From: Mytilus trossulus
Taxonomy: Eukaryota
Reading direction: 5' to 3'
Length of the DNA stretch: 64,000 nucleotides
NCBI RefSeq assembly: GCF_036588685.1
Contig: NC_086376.1
Location: 30,628,001-30,692,000, forward strand
Notes under the pieces: generated by a model
What the model was told of the DNA's origin: nothing
What the model saw: the letters and a program-made list of their open reading frames with translations, nothing else
Database searches by the model: none
Shown: positions 38,812-52,671 of the stretch, in pieces
Position numbering within the stretch: position 1 is the first letter of the stretch
Layout of the letters: every line of letters starts with the position of its first letter
Made by a program: the position numbers and the translations under genes

Positions 38812-38949
38812 TGTTGCTTTTCGCCATCTTAGAGTTTGGTGTTGCTTCTGATGTATGGATGTTACTTTATTCAACTATATACTTCACTCGACTTGGTGTC
38901 ACTTCTGGATGATGAATATTACTTATGACGGGCTGGTGTTACTTCTAGA

Positions 38950-40200
38950 TACCGCGTGTCAGTCGACATTGTGAATATTCTGGATGTTGAATGTAACATC
39001 CAACGTGCTGATACCTCTTCTGGAGACTTGAGTGACAGTCGACATATTGATTCTTCTGGATGTTGAATGTAACACCTAACGGACTGATACTTCTTCTGGA
39101 GACTTGAGTGACAGTCAACATTGTGATTCTTCTGGATGTTGAATGTAACATCTAACGGACTGATACCTCTTCTGGAGACTTGAGTGACAGTCGACATATT
39201 GATTCTTCTGGATGTTGAATGTAACATCTAACGGACTGATACTTCTTCTAGAGACTTGAGAGACAGTCGACATTGTGATTCTTCTGGATGTTGAATGTAA
39301 CATCTAACGGACTGATACCTCTTCTGGAGACTTGAGTGACAGTCGACATATTGATTCTTCTGGATGTTGAATGTAACATCTAACGGACTGATACTTCTTC
39401 TAGAGACTTGAGAGACAGTCGACATTGTGATTCTTCTGGATGTTGAATGTAACATCTAACGGACTGATACTTCTTCTGGAGACTTGAGTGACAGTCGACA
39501 TATTGATTTTTCTGGATGTTGAATGTAACATCTAACGGACTGATACTTCTTCTGGAGACTTGAGTGACAGTCGACATTGTGATTCTTCTGGATGTTGAAT
39601 GTAACATCTAACGGACTGATACCTCTTCTGGAGACTTGAGTGACAGTCGACATTGTGATTCTTCTGGATATTGAATGTAACATCTAACGGACTGAATTTT
39701 TTCTGGAGACTTGAGAGACAGTCGACATTGTGATTCTTCTGGATGTTGAGTGTAACATCTAACGGACTGATACTTCTTCTGGAGACTTGAGTGACAGTCG
39801 ACATATTGATTCTTCTGGATGTTGAATGTAACATCTAACGGACTGATACTTCTTCTGGAGACTTGAGTGACAGTCGACATTGTGATTCTTCTGGATGTTG
39901 AATGTAACATCTAACGGACTGATACCTCTTCTGGAGACTTGAGTGACAGTCGACATTGTGATTCTTCTGGATATTGAATGTAACATCTAACGGACTGAAT
40001 TTTTTCTGGAGACTTGAGAGACAGTCGACATTGTGATTCTTCTGGATGTTGAGTGTTACTTCCAATGGGCTGATATTACTTCTGCAGACTGAGTGACAGT
40101 CGACATTGTTTTTTCTTTTTCTTCGGGATGATGAAGCTTACTTCTGAAGGGCTGATACTACTTCTGGGGACTGAGTGTCAGTCGACATGATTTTTCTTCT
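38950..40200. repeat. 76-bp tandem repeat (~16 units)
   Basis: Unit TTCTGGATGTTGAATGTAACATCTAACGGACTGATACTTCTTCTGGAGACTTGAGTGACAGTCGACATTGTGATTC with degenerate edges. Confidence 0.96.
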
Positions 40201-40314
40201 GGATCTGACCGGCTAGCGCTACTTCTTGGGTGTTAAACTTATTACTTTTTTGTGTTAAAATGTTTCGTCTTTTCGTTTGTTGTTACTTTTGTTGATTTTA
40301 TTCATTGAAGTAAA

Positions 40315-42400
40315 AGAGGGACGAAAGATAACATAGGGACAGTCAACCTCATAAATCGTAAATAAACTGACAACGCCGTGGTACAAACAGACAAACAATA
40401 GTACACATGACACAACATAAAAATCTAAAAAATAAACAACACGAATCCCACCAAAAAATAGGGATGATTTCGGTGCTCTGGAAGGGAAAGCAGATCCTGC
40501 TCCACGTGTGGCACCCGTCGTGTTGCTTATGAGATAACAATATAAAAAAGAAGATGTGGTATGATTGCCAATGAGACAACTATCAACAAAAGACCAAAAT
40601 GACACAGACATTAACAACTATAGGTCACCGTGCGGCCTTCAACAATGAGCAAAGCCCATACCGCATAGTCAGCTATAAAACGCCCCGATAAGACAATGTA
40701 AAACAATTCAAACGAGTAAAACTAACGGCCTCATTTATGTAAAAAAAAAATGAACGAAAAACACATATGTAACACATAAACAAACGACAACCACTGCATT
40801 TACAGGCTAAATAGTCTAATTCGGTAGATCACATTTATGAAAGGGAAGGAGATTGTAGTTACGACGTAGGGAACATATCCCATATTCGTTATCATTTGTG
40901 AAACGGTTATTCCATAACGGTCAACCAACTCGTGATGGCGTCCGTAAAATTTACGAAGAAATTATTTCAACTTCACCATTTGGAACTCTTGATTTAATAG
41001 CTTCCTTGTGAGAAACAACCCTCTATCAAGAAAATCATTATAGGAAATGCAAGCACGGGAGTTTCGTATCAATTGGGAGATATATACACCGTATACAGGT
41101 GCTGCTGGTATGTTGCTACTTAGAATTAGAAATGGAAAGTTCACAATTAGAAAGCTGAAATCATCTCATTTGTTTTGTTTTCAATCGACCCTCAATGTCA
41201 ATTTCTAGATGTAAGTCCAGATATGAGGCCGACTTAACTGTATCTGTTGTATCCTTTATATCTAGGTCAATGAGATAGATGCGTTCGACATATTCACCAA
41301 ATTTTGAATTATTTAGTGAAAAACATCATCTATAGAGCGGAAAGTAGAGTTACATGATATTGCTAACTTCTTATCTTTCTTCCTACGACGTTTCTGTATA
41401 AAGTCAGCCTCAAAATAATAAACAAGTCGGCAAGAAAAGGGCATAATTCGTTCCCATTTGAATCCCGAAAGTCTGTTGATAAACACGTCCGCCGAACGTA
41501 ACAAATATGTTGTCAATCATGAAATCAAGCATCTTGATAATGTCAGTTTCAGAGAATTTTTTGTTTGAGTTAGAGTGATCCTTTACAAAGTAGGATATAT
41601 CCCTTCCTAAGACAATATACTTGTTTCTTTGTAGGCCATTCTTTTTTATGAAACAAAACAATACCAACTCTTTCAATTTGTCTTTTAGATTGGAATGTGG
41701 AATACTTGTATAAAGTGTAGAAAAATGAAATGTTTTAATACTATTACCAGATGAAAGAGAGTTAGATTGTATGTACTCTAAAAAGTAAAAACACAAAAAT
41801 ACTGAACTCAGAGGAAAATTCAAAACGGAAAGTCCAAATTCAAAAGGCAAAATCAAGGTCTAAACACATCAAACGAATGAAAATAAAATATCTTTGGAAT
41901 TTGAAGTATCCACATCTGATTCACGCCAACTCTAAAATAGGCATTTTCACAATAACTTTGAAGCCCGTCTATAATTGCTGATAAAATAGATATTAATAAT
42001 TTAGAAAGGTTTCGTGGAGTACTTGGAAGACCTAGCAATATACCGTTGGTTTGTAAGGACACTTGTGCAGTTTAGGTATCCAATACAGTGATGGAAGATC
42101 CAGTTCATCATCTTTGGTTGAAATTCCAAAGAAAAACAGAGCAGACCTTTGATTATCCAGGATTTCCTCTTTAGTGAGTGTCGTGAGGGTATTTGTTGGG
42201 TTTCCAAGTGAATTTTCAATACCTTATTCATTTATCAAGCAGTTAATGTAACGAGTTGAACACACACAAATGATGTTGCTTGGGGCTTTACATGTATTTG
42301 CGGGGACAACAACATATTTGTAATGAAGGTAGGATAAGTGTTTTGCAACATTATGGTCTTTAAAGATTGATGTAGCATGGACATTGATAGTAACATACTG
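40315..42400 (-). mobile_element. Decayed Penelope-like retroelement (RT fragments) with nested SINE insertions
   Basis: Frameshifted RT pieces: TFHFSTLYTSIPH, DIIKMLDFMIDNIFVTFGGRVYQQTFGIQMGTN, FRSIDDV, SSNIPAAPVYGVYISQLIR. Interrupted at ~40545-40810 and ~41785-41890. Confidence 0.85.
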
Positions 42401-43832
42401 TCAGGGTTGGACAGTGTCTACGAACAGGGTCATTGGATTGTAATTAGACCTAAAATGTGGTTGACTGTTTGATGCCGTAGATCTTACTTCTAGTCAGCTG
42501 ATTGATTAATCGGTGGGTTTTTTTAACGTGTATCGACCTTTCATTCAACTAGAAACAAGAAACATGAACAATTTAACCATAAATTGGTAGGAGATGTCAT
42601 GTAGGTCGACCGGGCTGGAAATGTTAAGATATGGGAAGACACCTTGTATTCCTTGCCATATGACACATACAGATTTCTTTGAGATTTCGTATTGGTTCTT
42701 GGACATGCAGATACCGTGGTATTCAAAGAGAACAACTGTGGATTCATTTATTTTCGTGAGCATCAATTTTCGTGGATTGAGGATACCTTGCATTTCCGAG
42801 GATATTTAATTCCGTGGTTTATTACAATTGCTGCTTACAAAGCCTAAAAAACATGTAATTTCGTTGTTGATATTTAAATTCATGGTTGACCTGTACTCAC
42901 GAAACCCACAAAATTTAGTATCGAACGTGAATCCACAGTGACACCTAGATAAGAGATCGATTGGTTGCTGTCATGTAGGTCGACCGGGATGAAAATGTTA
43001 GGATAGGGGCAGACACCTTGTATTCCTTACCATAAGCCACACACAGATTTCTTTACGATTTTGCATAGGTTCTTTAACATGCAGAGACCGTGGCGTTCAA
43101 ATAGAACAACTAGAACTACTAGTAACACAAAGTTGAGTGATCAATTTGTTGCTGCCAGGTGGTAAATATTTCATGCATATTTAGAACGATAACAGATTAA
43201 AATCAAAAACAGAACCATTGAAGGACTTTCCACATCTATTTTCTAAATTATTAATGAGAAGGTACTTCCGGTTTACTCAAAGTTACTATTGGCGTCCAAA
43301 CATTATTGCAAAAAAAAAGCATGTTAGTGATTCAAATTTTTTATAGTTGTCGATCAAGAGCATAATTTATGTTCTGATACAAGTGTAATGGTCATATTCA
43401 CAATTCCTCTAAAATATTTAAACCATTGTTTGGGGCTTTGAATTATTATCAATGACATAATCCAGATTTAAGCTAGAGATCAATATGCCAACGAACAATA
43501 TGGTGTAACAAGCTAGCGAGCATTTTAAGAAATACGCACCGAAAACCGTCGGAAATGCTAGACATGTGCATGAAGGCAAAATTGATAATTTATACATATA
43601 AATATGTAAATTGACATAATATTCCTGACTTCCGGGCATCTCTGATAGGATTTTCAAAAGTAAAGTTATGAAACGTCTAAAAATTTCAGTCAAAAGATAA
43701 GGTATGATGACCACTACACACCGTCCCTGTTTTGATTCATAAAAAAGTCCCTACGAAAAAGCTTATACTTTTTTTTTACTTCTCCCTTGTTGAAAAGTGA
43801 CGTCCGTTTGTCTGTGCAAAAAGTAGCCAAGG

Positions 43833-45940
43833 CCGGTGTTATATAGCCATTCTTCCCCCATGCCAGTTTTTCCCCCAGGGGAAAGACTGGCATGAGCCAA
43901 TGTTTCCCCCGGGGAAATTTTGGATCATTGTCATTCTTCCCCTGCGGAAAGTTTACAATACGTATACATATAGTAACTTTTCCCCCATGCCACTCTTTCC
44001 CCCATGATATAGATTTCAATATATTTATATGCATGTCTGGAAATTAAACCGAACAGTGTTAGAATTATATTTATTTGTATACAAATATGTTGTTCATTCA
44101 AATTTACACAAGTCTGTCTATGTGTCAACTAGTCTGTCTTTCTGTTTAGCAGTTTTCTATGTGTCCCCTAGTCTTTACGTTTTCAACTGTCTGTCTTTAT
44201 GTCCACAAGTCTGTCTACATATTCACCAGTCTGTCTATGTGTCAACTGGTCTGTCTTTCTATGTGTCTCCTAGTCTTTTTACATATTTAACTGTCTGTCT
44301 ATATGTCCACAAGTCTGTATACATATTCACCACTCTGTTTACATGTTTATCATTCTGTCTATGTCCACTAGTCCGACTAGAGACCATTTTCACTGGCTTT
44401 GAAATAACTTTCAGTGTAAACAGCGCATACATTTGACTTTCATTTCGGTGCTTTGTGTCTATTGTTTTTTAATTTAAGTGATTATTGTGCACCGTACTAA
44501 CAATTAAGTGAAGTCAATTGCAGATGATATTTTACAGTATTTTCTTGTGGTGTGCTGTCTCGTATTGTGTTGGAGGAGGGTTGAGTTTATTGCCGCCATG
44601 TTCTGTATGTGCCATTCCAGAGCCAGGAACAGTGCTACAGTGGTTGTTGACGTTTCATGTCGGTCATATGTTTTTCGTAAATTATTTTGTTATAAATAAG
44701 TCCGTAAGTTTGGTTTGAATTTTTTCACATTTTTATGGTAGGGGCATTCTAAAGCCGACTACATGAGGGTTTCTCGTTGTGAAATGCCGTACGGTCCCAG
44801 TGGCCTTTAATTACTTAATACCACGTCGAATTTGTATCATTAGTGCTGGAAAGTGTTCGACCCTATATATGCACCTGTAGGGCAGATGTTTTTTTTTGTA
44901 GATCTTGAACAGCTCAAACAATAATGTGGTTAGTCCCTGTACTTCCATGTCTTCCGTGCTGGCAAAAGCGGGTGTTAATATCTCCTCTAAGTTTAAAGAA
45001 GTTTCATCCGTATCGGACTTCTTCTCCTGAATGAAAGGTTTAAGTCGACGAGTATTCCTCTCTATCCGTGCTTTTTTTAGTTCTTTTACTTATTAATACT
45101 TTATACTTTATACTTTACTTGATATATCATGTGAAATCATTTCACCATAATACTTTGGAGATATCATAGACGTCTGTCCTGGGGAAAATCTACTAATTGA
45201 CCAGAAGTGGTAAAAGTAATTGTATTCATTTAGTCAATGATACCAAGGGTTCACGAAAGAGAATGGATGTGATCATCACATCAGAATGTGTTTCGTGTGT
45301 ATAAATATAAACTCTATTAATACCTATCAAAGGATTAATCATACAATGAAGCTTTGGTTACTATAAACTGATGCTGAGTTCACACGTAATTCGAATTCGA
45401 TTCGCACTAACTAATTCGAATTAGTTTAATTCGCATTTGAAATGTTTTACGTCCTAACGTCAATTCTACATCGAATTGCAATGCGCGTCAAATTCACTTG
45501 ACTGTCCAAACGACGTTTACTTTTAAGTCGTATTAACAAAACCGTGTTTCTAATGCAAATTGGATAATTCGAATGAGCCAATTCGAATCAATTCGAATTA
45601 AAAATGAAGAGTGTGTGGACGTGATTAGCGAATTCGATTCGCATTCGATTGAAATTCGAATTAAATGTACGTGTGAACGAGGCATGATATAAGAAAAGTT
45701 ACAATTCTTTTGTTTCATAAAAAATTCTTACCGCGACGTCGCCGACGTTATGTTACAAGGCGGAAAATTTAGCTTCTCACGCTACTACGGGGGAAAAATT
45801 GGCCTGCTCCTGGTTTTCCCCCCATAACGCTGAAGGGGAAAGTGGGATCATGCCAATTTTTCCGGGGGGGAATATTAGATCGATCCAGTCTTTCCCACCG
45901 GAAAATTTGGCATGGGGGAAGAATGGCTATAGGACACCGG
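43833..45940. mobile_element. Non-autonomous DNA transposon with CCGGTG.. terminal inverted repeats
   Basis: Left end CCGGTGTTATATAGCCATTCTTCCCCCATGCCAGTTTT; right end AAAATTTGGCATGGGGGAAGAATGGCTATAGGACACCGG. Internal CCCC/GGGG subterminal repeats and a degenerate tandem repeat at 44110-44370. No TSD recognised. Confidence 0.75.
45372..45684. mobile_element. PIF/Harbinger-like MITE nested in the element above
   Basis: TIRs TGCTGAGTTCACACGTA / TACGTGTGAACGAGGCA, flanked by TGA on both sides (TNA-type TSD); many internal ATTCGAAT palindromes. Confidence 0.75.
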
Positions 45941-46429
45941 TCGCCTTCTATATATTAAAGAACCATTTGATTAACTCTCTTCTATCTACACACAAGTAAA
46001 ATAATTGAAATCTTTAAACATCAACTAAGGTTCGCTAGATCTTCAAATAAATCACATGATTGTCCGTCGTCTGCAATGACGATAGTTTACTTTTGTTGCG
46101 CCTTTTGCTAAGACAAATGTAGATCAGCAAGAGAGAAGTCAAAATGTGACAATATTTCTATACTTTTGGTTTTGAATAAAAGGATATAAGGGTAAATATT
46201 GGTGAGATAACAAAACAACGACACAGACAATCAAGACATTTAGAGTCAACAGCAGTCTTCTAGCAAAACAACTCATGCATACGTTAATGCTCAAAAAGTT
46301 TAAGATCCTTACAATTATTTAGGAAGAACTTTTAATTACAACAGTAGTTTTTTACTGCTAGAAAACGATTTTTGATCAACTACAAAAAGGATCTACAGGA
46401 AGACAAAACGTATATCATTGCCAATTGAT

Positions 46430-46985
46430 ATCAAGTAACAACTTTTTGATGCTGTAATCGCACCTATATTATTATACTCATCAGAGGTGAAGAGGTTTGA
46501 ACATTAACAGAATATTGAGAAAATGGATTTGCAATTCTGTAAACATGTTTTTGGTTTCGGAATAGGACACCAAATTTTATGGTTTATGGGGAATTATGTA
46601 GCATTTCTTTATATCTCTACAAAGCTAAGGATATGGCATCATTTTGTTGCAGAACTATTAAAGCAGAGAGAAAAATGTCAAATATTCCTTTAGGACTTTA
46701 TGACTAAATTACACGGAACTAATCCAACCCAATTTAAATGATACTGGTCTTAGTTTTTTATAGGACGATCAATTAGTTGTAAATATTGATTGGTTAAAGA
46801 GTTACATTGTTAAACAGCGATTTTACAGATTAGTACTGTCAGCATTGGTTCTCACATATGCATAATGCATCAAGGGGGAATACTTTTCTTTATTAAAAAT
46901 TAGTTTTGTTTGGAACCATATTTGTTATGATTATTACGTAAGGACAGATATTACATATCTAAACGTCTATGTTCGAATTTGAAGT
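46430..46985 (+). pseudogene. Decayed non-LTR retrotransposon (LINE) post-RT 3' fragment
   Basis: Broken frames read FDAVIAPILLYSSE, IEKMDLQFCKHVF, TPNFMVYGEL and EPYLL, which are typical post-RT LINE motifs. Confidence 0.65.
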
Positions 46986-48748
46986 ATAAAATGTGTCCCC
47001 ACCTGCAAACCAAAATGCCCGACAAGGCGAACAAAAATCGATCAAAGGAATAAAATGCAAGTTTTGTTTATTAATTTGAAAACTGTAATAAATAGGGAAA
47101 ATCTAACAAAGCAAAAGTTGAGCTTTACAAATTATCATGGCAAAATACGTCAAAACTGTCAAACAACTTCTTATAGGAGTTCATGATTGCCCTTAGATGA
47201 CAAATGTTACCATAGTTTTTTTATCTTTGTCTATTAACTTGAAAATTATAATAGATAGAGAGAACTTTAAAATGCCAAAGAAATGATCAGCAAGACAAAT
47301 TCATGGTTGAAATCGTCAGTCGAGTGTTTATTAGAGTTTTTGCCTTTTGGTGTAAATTTTTACCAATTTTTTTGTGAGTCATTTTTGCCTAACATCTATA
47401 AAATTAAAATGGATAAATAGAAACTCAAATAAGAAAAAAATCAAACTTTGATGAAAAATTGAAGAAAAAAAAATATTTGAAAACTGTTATGTATATAATT
47501 TAACAAATAAATTGTTTTCCTTTCAGCCCCTTGATTGGTCAAAATTGAGGACAATTACTTAAGTTGCTGCTGTCTTTCTGGACAGTTATGTTGATATCTG
47601 AATGAAACATAACCCGAGAACAAGATTGTAAGTTGCTTAGCAGTACTTAACTCGTTTAGTTCGCTGCTCATTACACCCTCAAATGCTATCTGTCGATCAA
47701 CCACCAATCTACCAAGTCATAAATTTTATATAAAGTTTTTACCTTTATGTTATCAGAATGCGTATGCATGTCCATTAAAATTGATGCTTACATGTAAATA
47801 GATTTAAAAAAAAAAAGAATTACAAGCTAATGACCATTCGAGCATGAAGGATTCAAGTACTTTATTGTTCTGATTTTTATAAAGTATTATTTTATGTGCC
47901 TTTTATTGTTATCCTGCCGCTAAGAAGGAAGGGAGGAAACAAACAACACTATAAAAAAAAAAGATTCACCGTTCTATACTTTACACAGATTTAACTCAAA
48001 AACATTGAAAGAACTAACCCAGCTTTGTTTCGTGAATAAGTGGACCGACGTACTTAGATACAAATGTCTGCTGTAAGAAAGCAATCCGATTCAAACAAAC
48101 CAATCTCTGAAACTGACACCATAAGATGCTTGTGGTTTTATTGCCAACAAACTTGATATGATAAAAAAAAATGAAATATGATATGATTGCCGATGAGACA
48201 ATTTTCCATCAGAGACCAAATGACGATGATTTCAACAACTGCAGGTTACTATACGGCCTTCAACAATGAGCAAAACACAACATAAACCTACACCGGATGG
48301 TTATCTATCGAAGTCCTCGACATGCCATACCCGACAACTGAATGTGCACGGAACAATTCAAAAGAAAAAAAAATCAACAGCCTTATTTGTGCTTAAAACA
48401 ACAACGAAGAACAAATAAAACAGAGGTCAACATGCGACAACCATTGAATTTGTTTGATGAAGAGGTCTACAGAAAGCTGTCAATTAAATGAGAATCGACT
48501 GTGCTATCTGACTTGTTACTTTACTCGTGTGCTGTTGACTTTACACAGGGTCTTATCAAGACGTTTCAAGTAAGCTATCATTGTCTCTTTAGCCGCATGT
48601 GCCGCCATGTATAAGATATCCTATGACTGAATTTTTCAAAATGTGTTCACATTGTTGAATGTAGTTACCCTGTTGACATTTAAAAAGGATATCACAGAAA
48701 GTGTTCAATCTGCTTCACATATCTTGAACTAGAAATTGGCAGTGTATG

Positions 48749-48832
<84 letters not shown>
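48749..48832. repeat. (TTGA)n microsatellite, ~21 units
   Basis: Perfect tetranucleotide run. Confidence 0.99.
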
Positions 48833-49216
48833 GTGTAAATTTATCCAAAAGTTAGAGCTTTCATTGTCTGTGTTTAATCTATTTCAAGACTTTTTTTTGG
48901 TAATTTAGATACATGTATTGACATATACAGATGTCTGTCTACTGACGAGGACCGTTTGCTCCATTTTGGTAATATCTTTTTTGTGAGGGTGCTGTCTTAT
49001 TGGTGTATATTACATATTTCTATCTATCCACGTTAAAACCAAAAGAGAACAACATAAATAATTATGTACGAATAAATATATTTGTAGAAAAGATTAACTG
49101 GAAACGGCACCACTTGTAACGTCACTGGTGACATTCACGTGACCGATAACTCGGCTCGGCTACTTGTTTCCAATGTTATCCCTGAGAAGTTTGGATTTCA
49201 TCATTATAGATCTTTA

Positions 49217-50508
49217 TCATCGTCCTACCATAGAGACACCATATTCACAACTGCTGCTCTCGTCTGATGCTTTCACAACGTGTTCATAACAACCATCTGA
49301 AGATACTATCTTTTTACAGTCGTCAGGGATTTTTTTAACTTTATTTCCAACTCTGAAATTATTAAAGGGTGTACATTTTAATAAACAAGAAAGGTTATAT
49401 CGTGTGATGCGATAATCAAAAAGACAGCACTCGTCGTGTTATTAAATATACTGTTCACAAGACCCTGATTATGTACCTTAAGGAAAAAACAATAAAAAAA
49501 TGTCTTGATTTCTACAATAGAATCTCGTATGAAATCTGAAAATTCAAAAATGTTGGTGTATCGTTGCTAATTAGCAGCAGAATACCAGTAAATCTGCGAC
49601 TTATTCTCAGTGTAAATGTATTTGTGTTATTACAAAGAAAGGACGGAGACAAACGAGCGATGCAGGTTTAAACAATTATTATAATTTCAACGAAACAGGA
49701 GAAGTAGCACGTTTCGCACACATGATCTTACTGTAACCTATAATTTCTATGTCATTTGGTCTATTGTAGAGACTTGTCTCTGTGGCAATCATGCCACATC
49801 TTCTTATTTTTATATATATGATATTAAAAGCAATAAGTTAACCTAATGATTCTTGAAATTAAAGACCCGGAATATGATTTAATCGAAAGTCCTTACACCA
49901 AACTGTACCCGACCAGGCGATTTTAAAATGAACAAATTATTGATTTGATTTAAACTTACGTGCAACATTTGAGATATCCGCCACTGGAATGTCCACAGAA
50001 ACAACTCATACAGTTCCTTGTAATTGTAGAACCGGGATACATTATTTCGCCAGCAAAGAAACATGTGTCATACACGTTATTCTGACCTGAAATACAAAAT
50101 TGAAATTTTTAAAATAAATATATATTTCTATCGAAGTGAAAATTATAATTATCATGTAAAATTGGTCAGTATCGTCGTTGTAAATAGTCTCTGTTGTATC
50201 GTCTTTTGTATTTTATCATTTAATCTACATTCAGTGAATTTATAGGGTATCAAGTTTTCATATTTTATTTATTTCCATATTGGAAAACAAAATAGAAAAA
50301 AGAGAATACCTTTTAGCAACTGGTAACATTGGACTGTGTGAACAATTACAGAAAAAATATTAAACAAATGAGGTGACTTTAATACCAGCTTGTTAAAAAT
50401 AATTTTATGAAAAATAACCTTACCTGAAGTAGGAGGTATCACCCAGCAGGATCCATGGCAATAGTAAACAACAGCAAAGAGACAACATACAATAAATGCT
50501 ACTTTCAT
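49217..50508 (-). CDS. Beta-microseminoprotein (MSMB/PSP94)-like small secreted cysteine-rich protein, 115 aa
   Basis: Exons 50424-50508, 49960-50086 and 49217-49352 give MKVAFIVCCLFAVVYYCHGSCWVIPPTSGQNNVYDTCFFAGEIMYPGSTITRNCMSCFCGHSSGGYLKCCTVGNKVKKIPDDCKKIVSSDGCYEHVVKASDESSSCEYGVSMVGR*. Signal peptide present; 10 mature Cys in a C..C..CxxCxC..CC..C..C..C pattern. Confidence 0.85.
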
Positions 50509-50601
50509 CTTTACGGTAGATATAAACACAAGTCTTAGTTCTACAGTAGTAGTGTAGCTTGAATGCTGTTAAAGTTATGTCCCAAGAAAGTCGAACCATT
50601 G

Positions 50602-50609
50602 TTTATATA
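50602..50609 (-). promoter_or_regulatory. TATA box of the MSMB-like gene
   Basis: TATATAAA on the - strand ~95 bp upstream of the ATG. Confidence 0.5.
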
Positions 50610-52671
50610 CTTTTTGAATTCCGTAAACAAATTTAAGACATGCATACTCATCATCGATGTCAATAAAAAGGTCATGTGTGAAATAACTAAAATTAGACAA
50701 TTTCCTACTTTTTTTTACTATAGATTACACATTCTGAAGTAATCAGAAAAACCCACGCATCCTTCACATATCTAAGTGTGTATGTTCGTAACATTTATGT
50801 TAACAAGACAAAACATTAATTTGTTGGCCTTTTTTCCCTGAAACGTGTTATGAATGGTGTAGACCAATCTCTTCATTTGTCATTTTAGTTTGTACCTGGT
50901 ACATAACTTTTCAATGAATGTACAGAAATTCATTAATTATAAATTATTTACGTGATACGGATTTATGTACAGCAGGCGTAGTGCTAGTTTCCAACTTGTT
51001 ACTTGAACAAGCAATGCAAGCAGTAAACAGGAAATTGTGAGCCTACACATGCAATGTAGACAATAAACAGTAGCTCTGTTAACAAGCACAACTACATTTT
51101 ATTAATAATAAATCAGTCTGACTGACTTTACTATAGTACATCTACGCCTATATACAAAATATATTGTAGCAAAAGATCAGTTAGTGCTTATCGTGAACTG
51201 ATTTTATTGTATGTTCCTTTATGGATCTTTTGCTAGTCAACTTATCGAGATTAGAAGTCTACTAAAACTAGTTTAACCCCAATGCATGCCCAAGTGCCTG
51301 TCCCAAAGTCATTCTTTGCTTGTTCCTGATAAATTCATAATAGTAGTTGTCTGTTTATGTAGTTCAAATGTGTTTCTCGTTTCTCGTTTTTATGTAGATT
51401 AGATCGTTGGTTTTACCGTATGAATGTTTTTACACTAGTAATTTTGGGGTCCTTTGTAGCTTGATGTTCGGTGTGAGCCTAGGCTCCATGTTGAAGCCCG
51501 TACCTTGACCTTTAATGGTTTACTTTTATAAATTGGTACTTGGATGGAGAGTTTGGCACTCATACCACATCTTCATATATCTATCGACTTGTTGAAAAAA
51601 AAATGAACGCTATAGAGCTTGGCATTTTGTATAATGGTTACTTTAGATGTCTTTTAGAGTTGTGTGTGTGTGTGTGTTGTTTTGTTGCCTCTTGAACGTT
51701 TATCCCACATCTTCTTTTATTCACATTTTACACGTTTTGAAAGAATCTTTGTATTTGATATAAACGAGGGAAATAAACTAGAGACAAATTCGTATGAAAT
51801 AATAAGAAATATACAAAAAAAGGAACTAAGAAGATCTCACATGAGAGCACACGACCCAAAATCACCCTGTTTGTTTTAGACTTTAATTTAGGGGACATAT
51901 AACAAGGGGAAATAAAACCATAAATCATAAGAAATAACCCAGACAAAACCATTACTTACATGAAAAGACAAAACGGATATCAAAGTTTCACAAAACACAG
52001 CATGAAAATTTGAGTTTGAGCAACATAAACCCTACAAAAAACTGCGATAGTGAACTCGTGTGCGTCCAAAGAGTGAGCAGTTCTTGTAGTTTAGATGATA
52101 CTCTTTTATTTCAAAGCGAAGATAACTGCCATACCATATCTATCTGCTTCATTAGTATGATAAAGTTTAAAGAATATTGGAAATACTAAATAATTCGTTC
52201 GACAGAATCGCTTTTCTGTGTTTAAAATATCAAGAACTCAACCCTAGAAACATTTGAAAATCAGGGGAGGGTAAATACGTAGAATTTTAGGATATATTGA
52301 ATATGATAAAAAAAAGGACCGAAAATAGCTTCGTTCCTCCTGGATTTTTTTTCCTGCGGCCGATATTATTATTATTTAAATCTTTGGTTATAATAAAGGA
52401 GATGTAAATTGATTGCCTACGGGACAACTCAACTGTTTAAACAACGTGAATGTAGGCAACGAAAGGTGAACGTACAGCCTTCAATAATGAGCAAAACCCA
52501 TACCACACGCGGCTGATTTTATTCCAAATAGTATTTCTTGAATTTTTAAATCTTTAATTAATGTGTATTGATAACGACAAAAATATTTTATATAGATACG
52601 TAATGAATTTTATGATGAGTATTGTGTACAAAGTACAGACAAGATAAAAACAAATATAAACATAAACAATT

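Noticed and set aside
38919-40065. Staggered 62-102 aa ORFs
   Set aside because: Products of the 76-bp tandem repeat.
47555-48075. Two possible minus-strand orphan exons (QTFVSKYVGPLIHETKL; LVVDRQIAFEGVMSSELNEL..)
   Set aside because: Phases do not join and no recognisable family; too weak to call.
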